32,000 bases of DNA from Cupriavidus necator. Lineage in GTDB: Bacteria > Pseudomonadota > Gammaproteobacteria > Burkholderiales > Burkholderiaceae. Of the stretch, positions 27,670 to 32,000 are shown in pieces. The DNA lies in the NCBI RefSeq assembly GCF_016127575.1, contig NZ_CP066018.1, positions 480,001 through 512,000 of the forward strand. The letters run 5' to 3'. Position numbers and translations under genes: made by a program. The number at the start of each line of letters is the position of its first letter. The stretch's first letter is position 1. A model generated the notes under the pieces. That model was not told where the DNA came from. It saw only the letters and a list, made by a program, of their open reading frames with translations, and did not search any database.

Positions 27670-28938
27670 ATGAAAGTATTGGTTGTCGGCTCGGGTGGAC
27701 GTGAACACGCGCTGGCCTGGAAATTGGCCCAGTCCCCCAAGGTGCAGGTGGTGTACGTGGCGCCGGGCAACGGCGGGACCGCGCTCGACAAGCGCCTGCA
27801 GAATGTTCCGCTGACCGACCCCGAGGTCATCGCCGCCTTTGCCGAGCGCGAGGGCGTGGCCTTCACCGTGGTTGGCCCCGAGGCCCCGCTGGCCGCCGGC
27901 ATTGTCGATATCTTCCGCGCCAAGGGCCTGCGCATCTTCGGGCCAACCCAGGCTGCCGCGCAGCTGGAATCGTCCAAGGACTTCGCCAAGGCGTTCATGG
28001 AGCGCCACGGCATCCCGACCGCCGCTTACCAGACCTTCTCCGACGCCACCCAGGCGCACGCCTACATCGACGCCCAGGGCGCTCCGATCGTGATCAAGGC
28101 CGACGGCCTGGCCGCGGGCAAGGGCGTGGTGGTGGCGATGTCGCTGGAAGAAGCGCATACCGCGGTCGACATGATGCTGGCCGACAACAAGCTCGGCGAC
28201 GCCGGCGCGCGCGTGGTGATCGAAGAGTTCCTGGACGGCGAGGAAGCCAGCTTTATCGTGCTGGTCGACGGCAAGAACGTGCTGGCGCTGGCCACCAGCC
28301 AGGACCACAAGCGCCTGCTGGATGCCGACGCCGGCCCCAACACCGGCGGCATGGGCGCGTATTCCCCCGCCCCGGTAGTCACGCCCGCGCTGCATGCGCG
28401 CGCGCTGCGCGAGATCATCCTGCCGACCGTGCGCGGCATGGAAAAGGACGGCATCCCGTACACGGGCTTCCTGTACGCCGGCCTGATGATCGACAAGGAC
28501 GGCAACCTGAAGACGCTGGAATTCAACTGCCGCATGGGCGACCCCGAAACCCAGCCGATCCTGGCGCGCCTGAAGACCGACCTGGTCGATGTGATGGAGC
28601 ACGCCGTCAACGGCAAGCTCGACAGCATCGAGCTGGACTGGGACCGCCGCACCGCGCTGGGCGTGGTGATGGCGGCCTACGGCTATCCCGACAGCCCGCG
28701 CAAGGGCGATGCCATCACCGGCATCCCGGCCGAGACCGACGACAGCGTGACCTTCCACGCCGGCACCACCCTCAAGGACGGCACCCTGCTGACCTCGGGC
28801 GGGCGCGTGCTGTGCGTGGTGGGCCTGGCCGACACCGTCAAGGCAGCGCAGCGCGCCGCCTATGCCGCGGTCGAGCAGATCCGCTTCGACGGCATGCAGT
28901 ACCGGACCGACATCGGCTACCGCGCCATCAAGCGCTGA
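27670..28938 (+). CDS. purD: phosphoribosylamine-glycine ligase
   Basis: [25 protein letters not shown]... mirrors the E. coli PurD N-terminus. I prefer the ATG at 27670 over the tracked GTG at 27664. Confidence 0.93.
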   Translation: MKVLVVGSGGREHALAWKLAQSPKVQVVYVAPGNGGTALDKRLQNVPLTDPEVIAAFAEREGVAFTVVGPEAPLAAGIVDIFRAKGLRIFGPTQAAAQLESSKDFAKAFMERHGIPTAAYQTFSDATQAHAYIDAQGAPIVIKADGLAAGKGVVVAMSLEEAHTAVDMMLADNKLGDAGARVVIEEFLDGEEASFIVLVDGKNVLALATSQDHKRLLDADAGPNTGGMGAYSPAPVVTPALHARALREIILPTVRGMEKDGIPYTGFLYAGLMIDKDGNLKTLEFNCRMGDPETQPILARLKTDLVDVMEHAVNGKLDSIELDWDRRTALGVVMAAYGYPDSPRKGDAITGIPAETDDSVTFHAGTTLKDGTLLTSGGRVLCVVGLADTVKAAQRAAYAAVEQIRFDGMQYRTDIGYRAIKR

Positions 28939-29054
28939 TCCTTCCCGGCAAACGCCGTTCCGGCCGGCATGGCTGATCCGCCTTGCCGGCCAGCTTTGGA
29001 CCGCGCGACCCGCCGGCCGCCTCAGCCGGTACAATCGTGACAACGCTGTGACGC

Positions 29055-29081
29055 GCCCGGCAGCCGCCAAGGCTGCCGGGC
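29055..29081 (+). other. 11-bp perfect hairpin in the hemF upstream region
   Basis: GCCCGGCAGCC (29055-29065), GCCAA loop, GGCTGCCGGGC (29071-29081). No U-run follows. It lies downstream of a TACAAT box at about 29031. Confidence 0.4.
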
Positions 29082-29116
29082 TGCCCTCAGCCCGGTCCAT
29101 CCGCTTTCCGCCAACC

Positions 29117-30028
29117 ATGATCGATTCCCAGGCAGTCCGTGCCTATCTGCTCGGTCTGCAAGACCGCATCACCGATGCCATCGGTGCCATCGACGGCCAG
29201 CCGTTCCTGACCGACGCCTGGGAGAAACCGCCCACCGAACGCCTGCGCGGCAGCGGCCGCACCCGCATCCTGGAAGGCGGCGCGGTGATGGAGCGCGCCG
29301 GCGTGGGCTTCTCGCACGTGAGCGGCGACACCCTGCCGCCGTCGGCCACCGCCAACCGGCCGGAGCTGGCCGGGCGCAGCTTCGAGGCCATGGGCGTGTC
29401 GCTGGTGTTCCACCCGCGCAATCCCTATGTGCCCACGGTCCATATGAACGTGCGCTGCTTCCTGGCGCTCAAGCCGGGGGCCGAGCCGGTATGGTGGTTC
29501 GGCGGCGGCATGGACCTGACGCCCTACTACGGCGACGCCGGCGACTGCGCGCACTTCCACCGCACCTGCCAGCAGGCGCTGGCGCCCTACGGCGACGACC
29601 TGTACCCGCGCTTCAAGCAGTGGTGCGACGAGTATTTCTTCCTGCGCCACCGCAACGAGGCGCGCGGCGTGGGCGGGATCTTCTTCGATGACTTCTCCGC
29701 GCTGGGCTTCGAGCGCAGCTTCGCCATGATGCAGTCGGTCGGCGACGCCTTCCTGGACGCCTACCTGCCGATCCTGCAGGCGCGCAAGGACACGCCCTAC
29801 GGCGAGCGCGAGCGCGGCTTCCAGGCCTACCGGCGCGGGCGCTACGTCGAATTCAACCTCGTGTTCGACCGCGGCACGCTGTTCGGCCTGCAGTCGGGCG
29901 GACGCGCCGAATCCATCCTGATGTCGATGCCGCCGCTGGTGACCTGGCGCTATGACTGGCAACCGGAACCGGACAGCCCCGAAGCGGCGCTGTACACCGA
30001 TTTCCTGCCAGCGCGCGACTGGGCCTGA
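29117..30028 (+). CDS. hemF: oxygen-dependent coproporphyrinogen III oxidase
   Basis: [33 protein letters not shown]..., [47 protein letters not shown]. Full-length HemF pattern. Start at the MIDSQ Met. Confidence 0.92.
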   Translation: MIDSQAVRAYLLGLQDRITDAIGAIDGQPFLTDAWEKPPTERLRGSGRTRILEGGAVMERAGVGFSHVSGDTLPPSATANRPELAGRSFEAMGVSLVFHPRNPYVPTVHMNVRCFLALKPGAEPVWWFGGGMDLTPYYGDAGDCAHFHRTCQQALAPYGDDLYPRFKQWCDEYFFLRHRNEARGVGGIFFDDFSALGFERSFAMMQSVGDAFLDAYLPILQARKDTPYGERERGFQAYRRGRYVEFNLVFDRGTLFGLQSGGRAESILMSMPPLVTWRYDWQPEPDSPEAALYTDFLPARDWA

Positions 30029-30038
30029 CGCCTGACCT

Positions 30039-30773
30039 ATGGCCAATCCAGCGCAACACCGCAAGCCCGCCGCCGACGCGGGAGAACCGCCGCAACCGTC
30101 CGCCCGCCCCTATCGCCTGGGTATCCTGGGCGGCACATTTGATCCTCCCCACGTCGGCCACCTGGCACTGGCGCGGCTGTGCATCGAACACCTTGGGCTG
30201 GATGAGCTGGTGTGGATACCCACCGGCCAGTCGTGGCAAAAAGGCGACGACGTGACCCCTGCCGCCGACCGCCTGGCCATGACCGAACTGGCCGCCGCGG
30301 CGCTTAGCGACAGCGGCGCCAGAGTCCGCGTGAGCCGCATGGAAGTGGACCGCGCCGGCCCCAGCTACACCATCGACACGGTACGCCAGCTGCGCGCCGA
30401 ATACGGCCCCGAAGCCTCGCTGTGCTGGCTGATGGGCGCCGACCAGCTGCTGCGCCTGCACACCTGGCACGGCTGGCAGGCACTGTTCGAACACGTGCAC
30501 CTGTGCACCGCCACGCGGCCGCGCTTTGAGCTGGCGGCACTGGAGGGTCCGGTGCTGGCGGCACTGGCCGAACGCCAGGCTGACACGCACCTGATACAAT
30601 GCACGCCCTCCGGCCGGATGTGGATCGACCAGACGCTCGCCGTCGACCTGTCTTCCACCCACCTGCGCCAGCGGCTGGCAGCCGGCCAGCCGGCAGATGA
30701 CCAACTGCCGCCCGGCGTGGCACACTACATTGCCAACCACGGGCTGTACCGCGACGCCCCGGCCAGGGCATGA
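30039..30773 (+). CDS. nadD: nicotinate-nucleotide adenylyltransferase
   Basis: GILGGTFDPPHVGHLALA (the (H/T)xGH motif) and ...IDQTLAVDLSSTHLRQR (ISST-like motif). The N-terminal roughly 25-aa extension makes the exact start uncertain. Confidence 0.86.
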   Translation: MANPAQHRKPAADAGEPPQPSARPYRLGILGGTFDPPHVGHLALARLCIEHLGLDELVWIPTGQSWQKGDDVTPAADRLAMTELAAAALSDSGARVRVSRMEVDRAGPSYTIDTVRQLRAEYGPEASLCWLMGADQLLRLHTWHGWQALFEHVHLCTATRPRFELAALEGPVLAALAERQADTHLIQCTPSGRMWIDQTLAVDLSSTHLRQRLAAGQPADDQLPPGVAHYIANHGLYRDAPARA

Positions 30774-30834
30774 CCGGGGTTGCACCAGTCCCGGCGCCCA
30801 CCCCCAACCGATCTCAGCTGAACAAGAAGACACC

Positions 30835-31572
30835 ATGGATATTCGTAAACTGCAACGCGCCATCGTCGACGGCCTCGAGGATGTCAAAGCGCAGGACATC
30901 AAGGTGTACGACACCAGCCACCTGACTGAACTGTTCGACCGGGTGGTGATTGCCAGCGGGACATCCAACCGCCAGACCAAGGCGCTGGCAGCGTCGGTGC
31001 GGGATACGGTGAAGGGAGCCGGCGGCCATATCGTGGCGGTCGAGGGCCTGGAAACCGGCGAATGGGTGCTGGTCGACTGCGGCGACGCCGTGGTCCACAT
31101 CCTGCAGCCGCAGTTGCGCCTGTACTACAACCTGGAAGAGATCTGGGGCGACAAGCCGGTGCGCATGAAGCTGGCCGCCGGCGGCCGCGGCCTGGCCAAG
31201 GCCAGCGAGCCGATGGACGAGGACGAGGACGAGGCCCCGGTGCGCACCGTGCGCCGCGCCAGCAACTTGCGCCCCGCGCTGGCCCGCCTGCCCGAAGGCA
31301 TGAAGGAGCCGTCGCCGCCGATGGGCCATGAGGACACCGACGCGGACGCCATCGCCACCATCCGCAAGCCGGCCCGCAAGACCGCCACCAAGACGGCAGC
31401 GACCAAGACCGCCGGCACCCGCGCCGCGGCGCCGCGCAAGACCGCTGCCGGCACCACCGCGCGCAAGACTGCAACCAAGACCGCGGCCAAGAAGGCCCCG
31501 AGCAAGACCGCTGCCAGCAAGAGCGCAGCAGCCAAGCCGGCCGCGCGCAAGCGCACCACCCGCTCGGCCTGA
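30835..31572 (+). CDS. rsfS: ribosome silencing factor RsfS with a long C-terminal extension
   Basis: The core LEDVKAQDIKVYDTSHLTELFDRVVIASGTSNRQTKALA...GEWVLVDCGDAVVHILQPQLRLYYNLEEIW is iojap/RsfS-like (about 108 aa). It is followed by about 135 extra residues. Confidence 0.85.
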   Translation: MDIRKLQRAIVDGLEDVKAQDIKVYDTSHLTELFDRVVIASGTSNRQTKALAASVRDTVKGAGGHIVAVEGLETGEWVLVDCGDAVVHILQPQLRLYYNLEEIWGDKPVRMKLAAGGRGLAKASEPMDEDEDEAPVRTVRRASNLRPALARLPEGMKEPSPPMGHEDTDADAIATIRKPARKTATKTAATKTAGTRAAAPRKTAAGTTARKTATKTAAKKAPSKTAASKSAAAKPAARKRTTRSA

Positions 31573-31625
31573 GTCCCGGCGCGCGGCCGCCCGGTGGCCG
31601 CGCAGCATGACCCATCCCCTGCCCC

Positions 31626-32000
31626 ATGCAACTGGTGATCGTGGCCGTCGGCCACAAGATGCCCGGCTGGATCGAAACCGGCTTCAGCGAGTACGCCAAG
31701 CGCATGCCGCCCGAGCTGCGCATCGAACTGCGCGAGGTCAAGCCCGAAACCCGCTCGTCCAGCAACAACGCCGCCACCGTGATGCAGCGCGAAGCCGCGC
31801 GCATCGAGGCGGTGCTGGGCTCGCTGTCGAAGCAATGCCGCATCGTCGCGCTGGATGAGCGCGGACGCGACTTCACCACCGTGCAACTGGCCGCGCAGCT
31901 GACCGACTGGCAGCGCGAGGGCGGCGACGTGGCCTTCCTGATCGGCGGCGCCGACGGGCTCGACCCCGCCCTGAAAGCCCGCGCCAGCACCCTGATCCGG
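31626..32000 (+). CDS. rlmH: 23S rRNA (pseudouridine1915-N3)-methyltransferase (3' end cut by the window edge)
   Basis: [41 protein letters not shown]...FLIGGADGL matches the RlmH N-terminus and SPOUT motif. It is absent from the ORF track because no stop codon falls inside the window. Confidence 0.88.
   Translation, partial: MQLVIVAVGHKMPGWIETGFSEYAKRMPPELRIELREVKPETRSSSNNAATVMQREAARIEAVLGSLSKQCRIVALDERGRDFTTVQLAAQLTDWQREGGDVAFLIGGADGLDPALKARASTLIR

Noticed and set aside
30039-30773. nadD (NAD salvage) lying 6 kb from the nicotinate catabolic cluster and the candidate niacin importer, read as a possible functional supercluster
   Set aside because: nadD-rsfS-rlmH is a widely conserved housekeeping arrangement. 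Unrelated genes (upp, DUF853, yebC, purD, hemF) separate it from the nic genes. Coincidental proximity is the simpler explanation.

Overview
This is a high-GC chromosomal segment: hand counts of typical coding lines give about 62-70% GC. The protein sequences and GC-rich REP-like hairpins suggest a Burkholderiaceae (Cupriavidus/Ralstonia-type) betaproteobacterium, but that is inference only. I can support 29 protein-coding genes plus one weak upstream ORF (uORF). I saw no rRNA, tRNA, CRISPR array, transposase or integrase.

Layout:
- 1-9.8 kb: a pirin gene, a 4-gene BMP-family (nucleoside-type) ABC importer and a DUF1232 gene, followed by a minus-strand run of qor, mgsA, an SDR gene and an EamA gene.
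- 9.9-23.9 kb: a complete aerobic nicotinate (nic) catabolic cluster of the Pseudomonas putida type. nicE-nicD-nicX-nicF (minus strand) is divergent from nicC-nicA-nicB-like (plus strand). The cluster is flanked by MarR and TetR regulators, an extra stand-alone IorB-type molybdopterin subunit and an MFS transporter.
- 24-32 kb: housekeeping genes upp, a 54-aa membrane protein missing from the ORF track, a DUF853 ATPase, yebC, purD, hemF and nadD-rsfS-rlmH.

Main things worth a second look:
1. The nicotinate hydroxylase appears to be spread over three ORFs. The NicB-like cytochrome c fusion carries a truncated, motif-degenerate molybdopterin-like module. A full-length subunit with intact motifs sits separately, next to the TetR gene.
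2. A poly-Ala hydrophobic segment lies between the Mo-like module and the tri-haem module. No subunit has a Tat motif, which creates a membrane-topology puzzle.
3. There is a set of candidate operators: an inverted 12-mer pair in the nicE/nicC promoter region and a 22-bp perfect palindrome upstream of the transporter.
4. The transporter has a roughly 390-nt AT-richer leader. It contains a 17-codon uORF preceded by a Shine-Dalgarno (SD) sequence, and a GGGTAGACA motif shared with the nicE leader.
5. RsfS carries a C-terminal tail of about 135 aa that is acidic first and then histone-H1-like.

Everything functional here is inference from sequence. No database search was possible.
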